Of a DNA stretch of 64,000 nucleotides, positions 1 to 10,331 are shown piece by piece (the stretch's first letter is position 1; the number at the start of each line of letters is the position of its first letter). The notes beneath the pieces are model-generated. The model saw nothing but the letters and a program-made list of their open reading frames with translations, ran no database searches and was not told the DNA's origin. Origin of the DNA: Vicinamibacterales bacterium (GTDB lineage Bacteria; Acidobacteriota; Vicinamibacteria; Vicinamibacterales; SCN-69-37); assembly GCA_039925145.1 (NCBI GenBank), contig JBDSZL010000071.1:29376-93375 (forward strand), in the 5' to 3' direction. The position numbers were made by a program, and so were the translations under genes.

Positions 1-485
1 GATCGGGCATCTACGCCTGCTCGCTCGTGGCACACCATCCCCACCTGCGCGCAACCGTGTTCGAGCAGCATCCCGTCGCGCGCATCGCAGAGACCCTTCT
101 GTCAGAGCGCGGCTTCGCAGACCGCGTGGAGGTGGCGACCGGAGACTTTCTGCACGATCCGTGGCCACCTGACTGCGACGTGCACCTGCTCTCGAACGTC
201 CTCCACGACTGGGACCTTCCGGTCGTGCGACAGCTGCTCGACACCTCGTTTCAGACACTGGCGGCGGGCGGGCTGCTGGTGATTCACGAGGCCTTCATCA
301 ACGCAGATAAGACAGGACCGCTGCCCGTCGCGGAATATTCGGCGCTGCTGATGCACTCGACTCAGGGAAAGTGCTACGCCACGTCCGAGTACGCAGCGCT
401 CTTGAGCGAGGCGGGCTTCGGCCTGGTCACCTACGCGGACACGGCCGCGGATCGCGGCGCGATGACAGCCACAAAACCCGGTTGA
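1..485 (+). CDS. Class I SAM-dependent O-methyltransferase (family-2/COMT-like), C-terminal part; 5' end lies outside the window
   Basis: The frame is open from the window edge (..GIYACSLVAHHPHLRATVFEQHPV..), and listed ORF 27..485 is its tail. ..GDFLHDPWPPDCDVHLLSNVLHDW.. is typical of family-2 O-methyltransferases. Confidence 0.75.
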   Translation, partial: SGIYACSLVAHHPHLRATVFEQHPVARIAETLLSERGFADRVEVATGDFLHDPWPPDCDVHLLSNVLHDWDLPVVRQLLDTSFQTLAAGGLLVIHEAFINADKTGPLPVAEYSALLMHSTQGKCYATSEYAALLSEAGFGLVTYADTAADRGAMTATKPG

Positions 486-537
486 CCGCTCAGCAAAGAT
501 CCGCTGGCGTCCCGTTGCTAGCGGGAGCGCGCACTCG

Positions 538-1146
538 TCATGCCTTGGCGCGCTGGAACTTCCAGTGCCGTGACTTTCCGCCCGAAAGCTGTTCGAGGGT
601 CTTGGCCATTCGACGATCGCGTGTGTCCTGCGTTTTCGCTTCGGTCACCCACTCCAGGTACTCGCGTCTGTGGCTCGGACTGAATTCGTCGAACGCGGCT
701 TTCGCGGCGGGCACCTGTGCCAGAGCCGCTTTGAAAAAAGGCGGCACGACCAGAGGCGGCTTGGCGACGGGACGAGTCCTGACAACTTTGACGCCAGCGT
801 CGTGCAGACGCGCTGCGGCCTTCACCAACGTCACGAGCGTCTTGTGGTTCGGAACCTCATCGACCGTCGTCATCCGGTCGAGCTGATCCAGTGCGGCCTG
901 GCCGGCAGCCGACAGCTCGCTGCGGAGCAGGGACGTCTTCCAGAAGTGCAGCCGTGCGTGCTGCTTGAATGCGGCGAGACTGCAGAACACGCCCTTGTAT
1001 TCGAAATGCGGCACGCTCCACTTGATGGTCTCCTGCGCCTCCGGACAGCCGGCGTGAACTGCCTCTCGCAGCAGTTCGAGCAGGGGACGGGCCCACGGCG
1101 CGGCCTTGTCGATATACCTGTCGACCCTCTGGTCTCTGGCGAGCAT
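538..1146 (-). CDS. DUF1801 (YdhG-like) domain protein with YdeI/OmpD-associated C-terminal region
   Basis: This is the tail of listed ORF 538..1302. I moved the start to the ATG at 1146 (MLARDQRVDRYIDKAAPW..), 4 nt after the stop of the upstream DinB gene. ..ETIKWSVPHFEYKG.. and ..FSPSHRREYLEWVTEAKTQDTRDRR.. are typical of the family. Confidence 0.75.
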   Translation of the reverse strand: MLARDQRVDRYIDKAAPWARPLLELLREAVHAGCPEAQETIKWSVPHFEYKGVFCSLAAFKQHARLHFWKTSLLRSELSAAGQAALDQLDRMTTVDEVPNHKTLVTLVKAAARLHDAGVKVVRTRPVAKPPLVVPPFFKAALAQVPAAKAAFDEFSPSHRREYLEWVTEAKTQDTRDRRMAKTLEQLSGGKSRHWKFQRAKA

Positions 1147-1150
1147 GACG

Positions 1151-1660
1151 TCAGGCCATCGGCTCGTCGGCCGAGGCTCCGTAGATCGCCGGGACCTTCG
1201 AGCCGAGGCCCCGCAGATAGGCGGCCAGCTGTCCGCGATGATGAATCGAGTGGTTGTTCGCAAAACCGAGCATGGCCGCGGCCGGCAACTGCAGCCGGCC
1301 AAAGAAATCGACGGATCGTGCCAGCTCGTCGCCAGACGCGGCGTGCAGCGACTGGATCCTGGCTCGCAGCTCTTTCTTGTAGAAGGTCACCACGTCGCTC
1401 ACCGACTTGAACATCGCCGTCTGTCGCGCCGCCCCGTCGGGATCCCATTCGAACTTGCCCCGAGAGATGCTGTCGAGGAACCACACATCGGCTGTGGCCA
1501 TATGCGTCGCGAGATCCCACGCAGAGCGGGATTTCTCATCCGGCTTGTAATCGCGATTCTCGTCCTTGACGGCGGCGAGGACCTTGCACGTGGCATCGAA
1601 CTCGCGCTCCATCAATGCGAGGAACTGCTCGGCGACGATCTTGGCGTGCTCGGGGGTCAT
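1151..1660 (-). CDS. DinB-family (damage-inducible, four-helix-bundle metalloenzyme-like) protein
   Basis: 169-aa ORF. ..WDLATHMA..FL.. and the C-terminal ..NHSIHHRGQLAAYLR.. are the conserved His-containing DinB motifs. Confidence 0.8.
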   Translation of the reverse strand: MTPEHAKIVAEQFLALMEREFDATCKVLAAVKDENRDYKPDEKSRSAWDLATHMATADVWFLDSISRGKFEWDPDGAARQTAMFKSVSDVVTFYKKELRARIQSLHAASGDELARSVDFFGRLQLPAAAMLGFANNHSIHHRGQLAAYLRGLGSKVPAIYGASADEPMA

Positions 1661-1824
1661 GAGATCTCCTATGAAACCGGGACGTCCGCAAAGTTCAATT
1701 AGCGTGTATCAGTCGAGGGCTGCGTTCGCGCCGTGTCTGGCAACTCGCAACAGTCATTCTGCCGCAGCGCGTCCACGAAGCATAATGTTGTCGGTCGCGA
1801 TCGGCCAACAGGAGGTTTCGCGCA

Positions 1825-2298
1825 ATGGCTCTCATCGATCCGGGCAGCAAGGCGCCGGCGTTTACCCTCAACGACCAGACAGGTCGCACACATAAACTCA
1901 GCGAGTACTCCGGCCGGCCGGTCGTTCTGTATTTCTATCCCAAGGACGACACGCCTGGGTGCACGACCGAGTCGTGCAACTTTCGCGACAACCTGCCGAA
2001 GTTCGCGTCGAGCAAGGCCGTGGTGCTGGGAGCGAGCATCCTGGACGAGAAGAGCAAGGCCAAGTTCGCAGCGAAGTACGACATCACGTTTCCCCTGCTC
2101 GCCGATGCCGATCACATCGTGGCGGAAAAGTACGGCGTGTGGCAGGAGAAGATGCGGTACGGCCGCAAGTACATGGGAATCGTGAGGACCACGTATCTCA
2201 TCGGTCCCGACGGCAAAGTGGCCCGGCGCTGGGACAACGTCAAGGTGGAGGGGCACGCCGACGAGGTACTTGCCGCCGTGGGCTCACTCGACGCCTGA
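1825..2298 (+). CDS. bcp: Thioredoxin-dependent thiol peroxidase (peroxiredoxin Bcp)
   Basis: ..PAFTLNDQTGRTHKLSEYSGRPVVLYFYPKDDTPGCTTESCNFRD.. contains the PxxxTxxC peroxidatic motif. AGGAGG lies 8 nt upstream of the ATG. Confidence 0.92.
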   Translation: MALIDPGSKAPAFTLNDQTGRTHKLSEYSGRPVVLYFYPKDDTPGCTTESCNFRDNLPKFASSKAVVLGASILDEKSKAKFAAKYDITFPLLADADHIVAEKYGVWQEKMRYGRKYMGIVRTTYLIGPDGKVARRWDNVKVEGHADEVLAAVGSLDA

Positions 2299-2337
2299 CG
2301 GGCCGGCCGCGCGTTTCGCGTTACCCAAACGATCGCG

Positions 2338-2976
2338 TCAATCGCCGACGCGAAACTGAACGCTGATCGTCGCCGTTGGGCCGCGGAGCAGTTCGCCAAA
2401 GCCGCGCTCGGCCGAAATGACCCGGTACCCGCCGCCTAGATTGACGAACACCCGCGAAGTCAGACCCAGCTGAAGGACGGCCTCCGGTTCGGCCACAAAG
2501 AAGGTGTCCGTGAAGCCGACGCGACGCGGAGACAGTTGTCGTTCGTCGGGCGTGCGGAAGTCGACCCGCGAAAGGGTGGAGACCTCACGGTAGATGGTCG
2601 CCTGTCCGGCGCCCAGCAAGCCGCGGGCTGTCAGGTTCAGGCGATCGCTGCCTGCCACACGCCACCCGAGCAGCAAACCGGCATATCCGAGGTGAGTGTC
2701 GCTTCTCGGGCTGACCAGCCAGTATCCAGCGCCGCCGACGAGCACCGTGTGCTCAATCCACTTGGCAACGTAGCCGCCCGTTAGCGTCGCGGTCCGATCG
2801 TCGACGGTCGTCACCTTGAGGTCCGGCGCAAACACGATTGTCTCAGGGATGGGAGACATGAGAAGCGGTCCGCCCGTATCCTGAGCGGCCGCGCGGCCAG
2901 GGATGCCGCACAGGGCCACGATCGCCAGCGCCGCGATGCGCGGCCCTGGCCGGTGGAAGGAGTCGCGAGGCGTCAC
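2338..2976 (-). CDS. Hypothetical secreted protein, probable small outer-membrane beta-barrel
   Basis: It has a signal peptide (..RIAALAIVALCGIPGRAAAQD), alternating hydrophobic/Gly-rich strands, and a C-terminal ..TISVQFRVGD. The GTG start overlaps the stop of the upstream PEGA gene (GTGA, 2973-2976). Confidence 0.6.
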   Translation of the reverse strand: MTPRDSFHRPGPRIAALAIVALCGIPGRAAAQDTGGPLLMSPIPETIVFAPDLKVTTVDDRTATLTGGYVAKWIEHTVLVGGAGYWLVSPRSDTHLGYAGLLLGWRVAGSDRLNLTARGLLGAGQATIYREVSTLSRVDFRTPDERQLSPRRVGFTDTFFVAEPEAVLQLGLTSRVFVNLGGGYRVISAERGFGELLRGPTATISVQFRVGD

Positions 2977-3842
2977 TGGACCGCCCCGCGCAGCAGACTG
3001 ACATTGAGCGGCAGGTTCGCGCCGCGGCGGATGAGCACGTCTTCCGTATACGTACTGAAGCCGGCCTTGCGTACTTCAACGTGATGCCGGCCCTCGGACA
3101 GCTCGATGGCAAGGCGATCCTGCCCGGCCGGAGCGCTCCATCGTTCGCCATCAATCAGGATGTCTGCGTCGCCCGGCTGCACGCGCACGGTCAGCGTGCC
3201 GAAGCTTCTCTGTCCCTCAGATGGAGGAGGCCCTGCCGGCGGCCGCTGTCCTGCCGGACCGGGCCGCCTGGTGCTGGGTCCTGGGCCATCTGGCTGCTGC
3301 GTGGGATCCTGGCCCGGCCCTTCCTGGTCTGGCTGCGGAGGCCTCTCAGAGACCTGCCCTGCCCCGAGCTTCTCCATGGCGTAGTGAATCTTCTGGTCGG
3401 ATCCAGGATTGAGATACAGCTTCTGCCGGATCGTCTGATACCCGTCGAGGAAGAGCACGACCTCATGTGCTCCCGGCCTGAGCCGCAGGCGCTGGAAGAG
3501 GCCGTCGAAGTCGTCCACCAGACCGGCCTGATATCCGTCGACATATACCTCGGCCTGCCGAGGTGTGACCTCGAGCTTCACCGCCGTGGTGAGCTCGTCG
3601 CGCATGGGATAGCCATAGCCAAACGGGGGATAGGGGTAGGGATAGGGTCCCCACTGGGACCACGAGTCGTAGTACCAGCGCGGATAGGCGCTGTAGCCTC
3701 CAATAACGACCACCTGACGCCGCACGGGTACCACGCGAACGCTACCGCGTCGCTGGGCAGCAGCCGAATGGGGCGCGGCCAGGATGAGAGATGTGCTGAG
3801 GACGGGGAGTAGGGCGAGTCGCGTGAGGCGTGTGAGCAACAC
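2973..3842 (-). CDS. PEGA-domain protein (two PEGA repeats separated by a Pro/Gly/Gln-rich linker), secreted
   Basis: The PEGA-like repeats are ..VKLEVTPRQAEVYVDGYQAG..GAHEVVLFLDGYQT.. and ..LTVRVQPGDADILIDGERW..GRHHVEVRKAGFSTY... I moved the start from 4010 to the GTG at 3842, which has GGAG 7 nt upstream and gives an N-terminal signal peptide VLLTRLTRLALLPVLSTSLILAAPHSAAAQ. Confidence 0.75.
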   Translation of the reverse strand: MLLTRLTRLALLPVLSTSLILAAPHSAAAQRRGSVRVVPVRRQVVVIGGYSAYPRWYYDSWSQWGPYPYPYPPFGYGYPMRDELTTAVKLEVTPRQAEVYVDGYQAGLVDDFDGLFQRLRLRPGAHEVVLFLDGYQTIRQKLYLNPGSDQKIHYAMEKLGAGQVSERPPQPDQEGPGQDPTQQPDGPGPSTRRPGPAGQRPPAGPPPSEGQRSFGTLTVRVQPGDADILIDGERWSAPAGQDRLAIELSEGRHHVEVRKAGFSTYTEDVLIRRGANLPLNVSLLRGAVQ

Positions 3843-4044
3843 GGCGGTTTCTCCGAGATGGGGCGTGGCACTGCGGCACGCTGCAATGGAGGTGCCACGG
3901 AGAACGGGCGTGTAGGGGATGGCTTTATGCCCGACGTCTCTGGACGCGGACACAGCAGGCGTGCTCAGGGGGAGACACCCGACCCCGGCAGCCGCGGGCG
4001 CCGAGAGCATGGCGTTGTCGCAGAGCCCCTGTGCTGGCGTGCGG

Positions 4045-4881
4045 TCAACGCGGCATGCAGAAGATGTCGAAATGCGGCCAGTTCATCATGTCTTCCCGAC
4101 CGAGTAGCTCGCCGCGGTACTCCCGCTCACTCACCCACCGCCGCACGTCGTAGTTGAGCCCGGTGAGCAGGGCATGAAGGCGCTCGCGTGTGGCTCGCGG
4201 AGAAAACTTGTAGACCTCGGCCCGAACGACTGGCCGGCGGCTGACCAGGAGCGAGTGGAGTGAGGACAGCACGTCCAGGTCGTAGCCTTCGGCATCCACC
4301 TTCACGTACCGAAGCCGCGGAATGCTCTCGGGAAAGTGCTGCTCCAGATACGTGGGCAGATGCTCGCCCCGCACCCGCAGCTTGAAGGCGTGCGCATGCC
4401 GCCACTTGCTGACACCTTGGTGCAGGCCGCCATTGCAGAACCCGGCGTCCGAGTACTCGAACTCGTACTCACCCTCCTTCGCTGTCGCCGCAAAGTTCAA
4501 GGGAACGATCCTGGTCTTGCTCGGATTTAACGTGGCATTTCGCTCGAGGATCCTGAACACATAGGGGTTGGGCTCGAGCGCCAGCACCATTCCGGTGGCA
4601 CCGACGGCGAGCGCCATCGGCATCGTGGAATCGCCCGTATGAGCTCCAATGTCAATCGCTACGTCCCCTTCCTGGAGGAAGGCGCGCAACTGGTCTACCT
4701 CGTCCTGACAGACGTGTTTCGGGGTCTCGCCCGGATGCATCCACTGCGCGTAGTCCACGTCACCTTCAGCCAGGGTGAATCGCTTGAGCTGATAACCGTA
4801 GGTCCTTGGCGCGGGCTTGAAACCGAACAGGTATCCGAGCTCTCGCAGCTTCACGACCCGCAGGGTACGCGACATCTTCAC
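4045..4881 (-). CDS. FkbM-family methyltransferase
   Basis: ..VAIDIGAHTGDSTMPMALAV..MVLALEPNP.. and ..YVKVDAEGYDLDVL.. are FkbM hallmarks. Confidence 0.8.
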   Translation of the reverse strand: MKMSRTLRVVKLRELGYLFGFKPAPRTYGYQLKRFTLAEGDVDYAQWMHPGETPKHVCQDEVDQLRAFLQEGDVAIDIGAHTGDSTMPMALAVGATGMVLALEPNPYVFRILERNATLNPSKTRIVPLNFAATAKEGEYEFEYSDAGFCNGGLHQGVSKWRHAHAFKLRVRGEHLPTYLEQHFPESIPRLRYVKVDAEGYDLDVLSSLHSLLVSRRPVVRAEVYKFSPRATRERLHALLTGLNYDVRRWVSEREYRGELLGREDMMNWPHFDIFCMPR

Positions 4882-5018
4882 GTTTGGCTACGGGTCGTAG
4901 CAGGCCGCCTTCTGCGCGGAGCGGCTCGTCCGCAGCCAGGCCGCGACGCACCCGGCGAGGCGTCGCGAGGCTCGGACGCGGCACCACATAGGCGGCGCAT
5001 GCCGTAAAATCAGCAGCT

Positions 5019-6716
5019 ATGTCTCTTCCGACGAGCTCGGCCCCGGGTCTCCGGCAGAATTTCGTCCGAGACCTCGTGGCGGCCGACAAGGCCAGCGCGA
5101 GGCACGGCGGGCGTGTCGCCACGCGGTTCCCGCCCGAGCCCAACGGTCATCTGCATATTGGCCACGCCAAGGCGATCTGCCTCGACTTCGGCATCGCGGA
5201 CGAGTTCGGCGGCTCCTGCAACCTGCGGATGGACGACACAAACCCTGTCACGGAGGAGGAGGCCTACGCGCAGGGAATCATGGAGGACGTTAGGTGGCTC
5301 GGGTTCTCGTGGGGCGACCGCCTGTTCTACGCGTCTGATTATTTCGAGAAGCTCTATCAATGTGCCGAGGCGCTGATAGAGGACGGCAAGGCCTATGTCG
5401 ACAGCCTCAGCGCCGACGAGATCCGCGAGTATCGGGGCACGCTCACCGAGCCGGGTCGCGACAGCCCGCATCGGCAACGGCCCGTGGGCGAGAACCTCGA
5501 TCTGTTTCGCCGCATGCGCGCCGGCGAGTTACCCGACGGGGCGTGCGTCCTGCGCGCCCGCATCGACATGGCGTCGCCCAACATCAACATGCGCGACCCG
5601 ATCCTCTACAGGATTCGACGGGCGCATCATCATCGGACTGGCGATGCCTGGTGCATCTACCCGATGTACGACTACGCCCATCCCTTATCGGACGCCTTCG
5701 AGCGCATCACCCACTCGCTCTGCACGCTCGAGTTCGAAGATCACCGGCCCCTGTACGACTGGCTGATCGAGAACGTCAGAGGCCTGCCCGGCCGTCCTCA
5801 ACAGGTCGAGTTCGCCCGGCTCAATCTGACATACACGATCACGAGCAAGCGCAAGCTGCTGCAACTGGTCAACGACAAGCACGTGAACGGCTGGGACGAT
5901 CCACGGATGCCGACGCTGTCTGGACTCCGCCGGCGTGGCTGTACGCCAGAGGCCATTCGACGCTTCATGGACGAAATCGGCGTCGCCCGGCGCGAAAACG
6001 TCGTCGATGTCGGGCTGCTCGAGTTTTTCGTGCGCGAGGACTTGAATCGGCGCGCGCCGCGTGCCATGGCCGTGCTGCGTCCACTGAAAGTGGTGCTCGA
6101 GAACTACCCGGACGATGGAGTCGAGCAAATGGACGTGATCAACAATCCGGAGGACGCCTCGGCCGGTGCCCGGAAGGTGCCGTTCTCGCGCGTGCTGTAC
6201 ATCGAACGCGACGACTTCCAGGAGCAGCCGGCAAAGAAGTTCTTTCGCCTCGCGCCCGGACGCGAGGTGCGACTCCGGAACGCGTATCTGATCACGTGCC
6301 GCGACGTGGTCAAGGACACCGCCGGTGAGATTACCGAGCTGCTGTGTCGTTACGACCCCGCCACCCGGGGGGGCGACGCGCCAGACGGCCGCAAAGTGAA
6401 GTCGACGCTCCACTGGGTGTCGGCCGCGCACGCGACAGGCGCCGAGATCCGTCTCTACGATCGACTGTTCAGCACCGAGACACCCGGGTCCGGCGACACG
6501 GACTTTCTTGCGCAGCTGAACGCGCTATCGCTCGAGACGATTCGCGACGCGAAGCTGGAACCGTCGCTCGCGGCGGCCGCCGAAGGCGCCCGGTTTCAGT
6601 TCGAGCGGCAGGGCTACTTCACCGTCGACCGCGACAGCCGTCCAGGCGCTCCAGTCTTCAACAGGACCGTGACCCTCAAGGACACGTGGGCGCGCATTCA
6701 GGGGCGCGCGGAGTAG
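5019..6716 (+). CDS. glnS: Glutamine--tRNA ligase
   Basis: ..[24 protein letters not shown].. carries the HIGH motif. ..ITSKRKL.. is the KMSKS-like motif. The GlnRS-type C-terminal anticodon-binding region is present, and the protein is 565 aa. Confidence 0.93.
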   Translation: MSLPTSSAPGLRQNFVRDLVAADKASARHGGRVATRFPPEPNGHLHIGHAKAICLDFGIADEFGGSCNLRMDDTNPVTEEEAYAQGIMEDVRWLGFSWGDRLFYASDYFEKLYQCAEALIEDGKAYVDSLSADEIREYRGTLTEPGRDSPHRQRPVGENLDLFRRMRAGELPDGACVLRARIDMASPNINMRDPILYRIRRAHHHRTGDAWCIYPMYDYAHPLSDAFERITHSLCTLEFEDHRPLYDWLIENVRGLPGRPQQVEFARLNLTYTITSKRKLLQLVNDKHVNGWDDPRMPTLSGLRRRGCTPEAIRRFMDEIGVARRENVVDVGLLEFFVREDLNRRAPRAMAVLRPLKVVLENYPDDGVEQMDVINNPEDASAGARKVPFSRVLYIERDDFQEQPAKKFFRLAPGREVRLRNAYLITCRDVVKDTAGEITELLCRYDPATRGGDAPDGRKVKSTLHWVSAAHATGAEIRLYDRLFSTETPGSGDTDFLAQLNALSLETIRDAKLEPSLAAAAEGARFQFERQGYFTVDRDSRPGAPVFNRTVTLKDTWARIQGRAE

Positions 6717-6737
6717 ACGCGCACGCCGGACGTCGAC

Positions 6738-7172
6738 TCAGGCGCGCAGTTCGTCGGCCTGCCAGTCCTTCACCATCTTTTTGATGGTCGACTTATCCTG
6801 AATGCCGTCGCGAAGAACGGTGGCGGCCAGCGCCGGCAGCTCGGCGTCGCTGGCAAACCGCAGCGCCAGCAGTTGCGGCACGGTGAAGTCGCCAATCCGC
6901 GGCTGTAATTCACCTGGCAGAAGTTCGCGGAGTCGCAGACGCATCTCCAGCCTGATGACGCGGTCCTGCACCCGCAACGCAAAGATGCGCGCGAACAGGA
7001 ACATCGCGATGAGCGCAATCGCCAACAAGGCGCCCACGATGGTGTCGATCGCAGGCACCGCGAAGACCCGGTACAACGACCAGAGCAGGTTGATGACGAG
7101 TAGAGGGGCGGCGACCCCGTGAAACAACGGAACGAACCGCCGGTGATTCTCGAAATTCTGGGGAAGAGCCAT
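6738..7172 (-). CDS. Hypothetical membrane protein (two predicted TM helices)
   Basis: This is the tail of listed ORF 6738..7214, with the start placed at MALPQNFENHRRFVPLFHG... Two hydrophobic helices are followed by a charged C-terminal region. The codon third position is strongly G/C. Confidence 0.55.
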   Translation of the reverse strand: MALPQNFENHRRFVPLFHGVAAPLLVINLLWSLYRVFAVPAIDTIVGALLAIALIAMFLFARIFALRVQDRVIRLEMRLRLRELLPGELQPRIGDFTVPQLLALRFASDAELPALAATVLRDGIQDKSTIKKMVKDWQADELRA

Positions 7173-7179
7173 TGGGCGA

Positions 7180-8253
7180 CTATAGTCCTTTCGGGGGCCG
7201 GCTCCTCCGTTCACCGTCGAGCAGCTGCGCCTTCACGTCCGTGCCCCACCGGTAACCGCGCAAATCGCCCTTAATCCCCACGACACGATGACACGGCACC
7301 AACAGAGACAACGGGTTGGTGGCGCAAGCCCGCGCCACGGCCCTTACGGCAGACGCAGACCCGATGGCGCGTGCAACTTCTGAGTACGTGCGCGTCTGGC
7401 CGGCCGGAATTTCCGTCAGCGCCCGCCACACGCGCCACTGAAATGCCGTGCCTCGAATATCCACGGGCACATCGGCTGAGAGCGGGCGCGCTTCGGCGAT
7501 GGTGCTCGCCGCAGCCGCGAGCGCACGAAGCTCCGGATTTGGCGCAGCATCGATTGTGGCCCGCGGAAACTCCCGACAAAGTGTCTCGCGCAGCTCCGAG
7601 ACGGTTGTCCCGATCGCGACAAAACAGACTCCATGTGTCGTCGCAGCGACCATCACGCGTCCCGCCCGTGACGACGTCGTGGCCCAGCTGATCGCTGCGC
7701 CCGCGCCACCTTTCGCGAACGTGGCCGGGGTTACGCCTGGCAGTCTGAACGCCTCGTAAGCCCGACTCGACGATCCGTACCCTGCCGCATAGACCGCTTG
7801 CGTCACTGACTCCCCCGCTCTGAGATGCTGGCGAAAACGGCGCTGACGACACGCCGCGACGAAGTCGCGCGGCGACACACCGAGCAGCGCGCGAAAGGCG
7901 CGCTGCATCTGTGCCGTGCTCCCGCCTGCCGCGGTCGTCATGCGCGACACGGTCCAGCGCTGATCTGGAGCGCTTCCAACCGCACGGCACACACGGCACA
8001 CAAGTGCAGCCCGAGGGCTCGCTGGGACACGGTCCGCGTTCGGGTCACACCGGCGGCACGACCGGTAGCCCGCGGACTGAGCCGCCTTCCAGGATGCGAA
8101 GAAGTCCACCCTGTCGCGCGACGGCTTGCGACTGGGGCACGAGGGCCGACAATAGATCCCGGTAGATCGAACGGCATAGACAAACAGCCCATCGGCCGTA
8201 GGGTCGCGGTTGAGCACCGCGGTCCAGAGCGGGCTTGTCGAATCTGGAGGCAT
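7180..8253 (-). CDS. ada: Bifunctional Ada: methylphosphotriester-DNA methyltransferase/AraC-type activator plus O6-methylguanine-DNA methyltransferase
   Basis: The N-terminal Zn cluster is ..FVYAVRSTGIYCRPSCPSR..CRRC... An AraC helix-turn-helix sits in the middle. The C-terminal ..VPCHRVVG.. is the methyl-acceptor Cys motif. Confidence 0.88.
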   Translation of the reverse strand: MPPDSTSPLWTAVLNRDPTADGLFVYAVRSTGIYCRPSCPSRKPSRDRVDFFASWKAAQSAGYRSCRRCDPNADRVPASPRAALVCRVCRAVGSAPDQRWTVSRMTTAAGGSTAQMQRAFRALLGVSPRDFVAACRQRRFRQHLRAGESVTQAVYAAGYGSSSRAYEAFRLPGVTPATFAKGGAGAAISWATTSSRAGRVMVAATTHGVCFVAIGTTVSELRETLCREFPRATIDAAPNPELRALAAAASTIAEARPLSADVPVDIRGTAFQWRVWRALTEIPAGQTRTYSEVARAIGSASAVRAVARACATNPLSLLVPCHRVVGIKGDLRGYRWGTDVKAQLLDGERRSRPPKGL

Positions 8254-8330
8254 GAGCGGATGGTATCTGCCGGCCCCAGCGAAGGCTACCCGGAACGCGA
8301 CACCAAACTGCGCGCGTCCGAGCCCACCGT

Positions 8331-9338
8331 TCAGACGTCGGCGAGCAGTCTTGTGGCGAGATCGACGTAGAGGTCAACCGCCGCCTGCAGTTCGGCCACA
8401 GACACGTATTCGTCTGCCGTGTGGGCCAGCGTCACCGAGCCTGGTCCCACGAGGAGCGGCGTGCCCCAGTTGGTGAGAAACGGGATGTCCGTCGTGAAGT
8501 TGAAGACGGCTGTCTCGAGCCCAGCGAGCGTCTTCAGCGCCACAGGCGGCACCACCAGCACCTCTTCGAGCTCCGCGTCATCGCCGACGGCCTCGACGAT
8601 CAGATCCCGGAGCGGCACATGATGCCCCACCGTTCGCAACATCACCTCGGCCTGCGCCTTCGCGGGAATGACGTTTGGCGCCACACCGCCACTGATCATG
8701 CCGACGGTGTAATACGTCACGCCGAGCTCGGAATCGTGCGGCCAGTCAATGCGCCGCAGAGCCACGAGCGCGTCGATCAGTTTCTCGATGGCCGAGGCGC
8801 CGAGCTCCGGCTGGCTCGAGTGCGCGGCCCTGCCGTACGAACGTAGACGCACCCGGTAGATCCCCCGGGTCGCACGCGCGAGCCGGTTGTCGGTCGGCTC
8901 GCCATTGATGAGGTACTTCGCCCCTTGGGCGATGTTATTCGCGAGCTTCGCGCCGTCGCTGCCACGTTCTTCGCCGACGACAAACAGCAGAGCCAGACGC
9001 CGCTCGCCGGCGGCGCGCAGGCGCTCGGCGGCCGCAATCTGCGCCACGGCCGTGCCCTTCGCGTCGCATGATCCGCGGCCGTGGATCCGACCGTTCTCCT
9101 CCCTGCTCGGGAAGAAGGGCGGCACACAATCAAAGTGCGTGGAGAAGGTCACGCGCGGGCCCTCGCCCAACGTCGCAAGGACGTTGAAGCGGCCGTCCGT
9201 GACAGGCTGTTCGATGACCTGATAGCCCAACGCCCTCAGGCATGCGGCAAGCCACGCGCCCGCCTCGCCTTCGCGGCCGGTTGTCGAATCTATGTCGACG
9301 AGCTCTCGAGTGAGCCGAATCTGTGTGAGAAGGTCCAC
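8331..9338 (-). CDS. M20-family metallohydrolase (ArgE/DapE-like deacylase); by context a candidate N-acyl-diaminopimelate deacylase
   Basis: ..THFDCVPP.., ..HGRGSCDAKG.. and ..GEERGSDG.. are M20 metal ligand motifs. It lies directly downstream of dapA on the same strand. Confidence 0.75.
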   Translation of the reverse strand: MDLLTQIRLTRELVDIDSTTGREGEAGAWLAACLRALGYQVIEQPVTDGRFNVLATLGEGPRVTFSTHFDCVPPFFPSREENGRIHGRGSCDAKGTAVAQIAAAERLRAAGERRLALLFVVGEERGSDGAKLANNIAQGAKYLINGEPTDNRLARATRGIYRVRLRSYGRAAHSSQPELGASAIEKLIDALVALRRIDWPHDSELGVTYYTVGMISGGVAPNVIPAKAQAEVMLRTVGHHVPLRDLIVEAVGDDAELEEVLVVPPVALKTLAGLETAVFNFTTDIPFLTNWGTPLLVGPGSVTLAHTADEYVSVAELQAAVDLYVDLATRLLADV

Positions 9339-9411
9339 GCCTCGGCTGCTCCTGGTGATGGCTCGCCTGCTCGCCGCGGCCGAGCCTCTGCAGTATCGCG
9401 GACGCTCTTTG

Positions 9412-10317
9412 TCAGGCGCGAGCTTCTATGACGACCGGCATCCCGTAGTCCTTCAAGGTCGCCACGATCTTTTCCTGTGAGGCCGCGCTGGGCGATGTCA
9501 TCGGCAGCCGATAGATCTCTTCGCACAAACCCATGGCAGCCATCGCGAACTTCACGGGAATGGGGTTCGCCTCGACGAAATTCATCTGCATCAGCGGCAG
9601 CATCTTGTGATGCCACCGTCGTGCGCTTTCATAATCGCCATGCTCGGCGGCTTCGATGAGCTCGACCATCTCGGCCGGCACCTCGTTCGACGCGACCGAG
9701 ATCAGCCCACGGCCGCCGATCGCCATCAACGGCAGAGCCAGCGCATCGTCGCCTGACAGGACGATGAACTCGGGCGGCATCAGACGGCAGATCTCCGTCA
9801 TCTGCGTCATGTTGCCGGAGGCTTCTTTGACGCCGATGATGTTGGGGATTTGCGCGAGACGGGCCAGCGTCGAGGGCTCGACGTTGCAGCCCGTCCGGCC
9901 TGGCACGTTGTAGACCATGATGGGCAGCTTGGTGGTATCGGCGATGGCGCGGTAGTGCTGGTAGAGACCGTCTTGCGTCGGCCTGTTGTAGTAGGGCGTC
10001 ACCGAGAGGATGCCATGCGCCCCAACGTCCTGAAACGCGCGCACCGCCTGAATGACCTCGCGCGTGTCGTACCCACCCGCGCCCGCCATCACCATGGCGT
10101 GTCCTTCGACTTCGTCGACGACCAGCTCGACGAGCCGGACGCGCTCGCTCATCGACAGCGTCGGCGCCTCGCCGGTGGTGCCACACGGCACGAGGAAATG
10201 AACGCCGGCTTCGACCTGTCGGGCGGCGAGACGCCGCACGGCACCTTCGTCGAGGGCGCCGCCTGCGGTGAACGGCGTAATTAACGCGGTGCCCAGCCCG
10301 GTGAATGAAACTCGCAT
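9412..10317 (-). CDS. dapA: 4-hydroxy-tetrahydrodipicolinate synthase
   Basis: ..GTALITPF..VPCGTTGEAPTLS..YNVPGRTG.. is present, and the protein is 301 aa. Confidence 0.93.
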   Translation of the reverse strand: MRVSFTGLGTALITPFTAGGALDEGAVRRLAARQVEAGVHFLVPCGTTGEAPTLSMSERVRLVELVVDEVEGHAMVMAGAGGYDTREVIQAVRAFQDVGAHGILSVTPYYNRPTQDGLYQHYRAIADTTKLPIMVYNVPGRTGCNVEPSTLARLAQIPNIIGVKEASGNMTQMTEICRLMPPEFIVLSGDDALALPLMAIGGRGLISVASNEVPAEMVELIEAAEHGDYESARRWHHKMLPLMQMNFVEANPIPVKFAMAAMGLCEEIYRLPMTSPSAASQEKIVATLKDYGMPVVIEARA

Positions 10318-10331
10318 GTCAGCTCCCGTCG

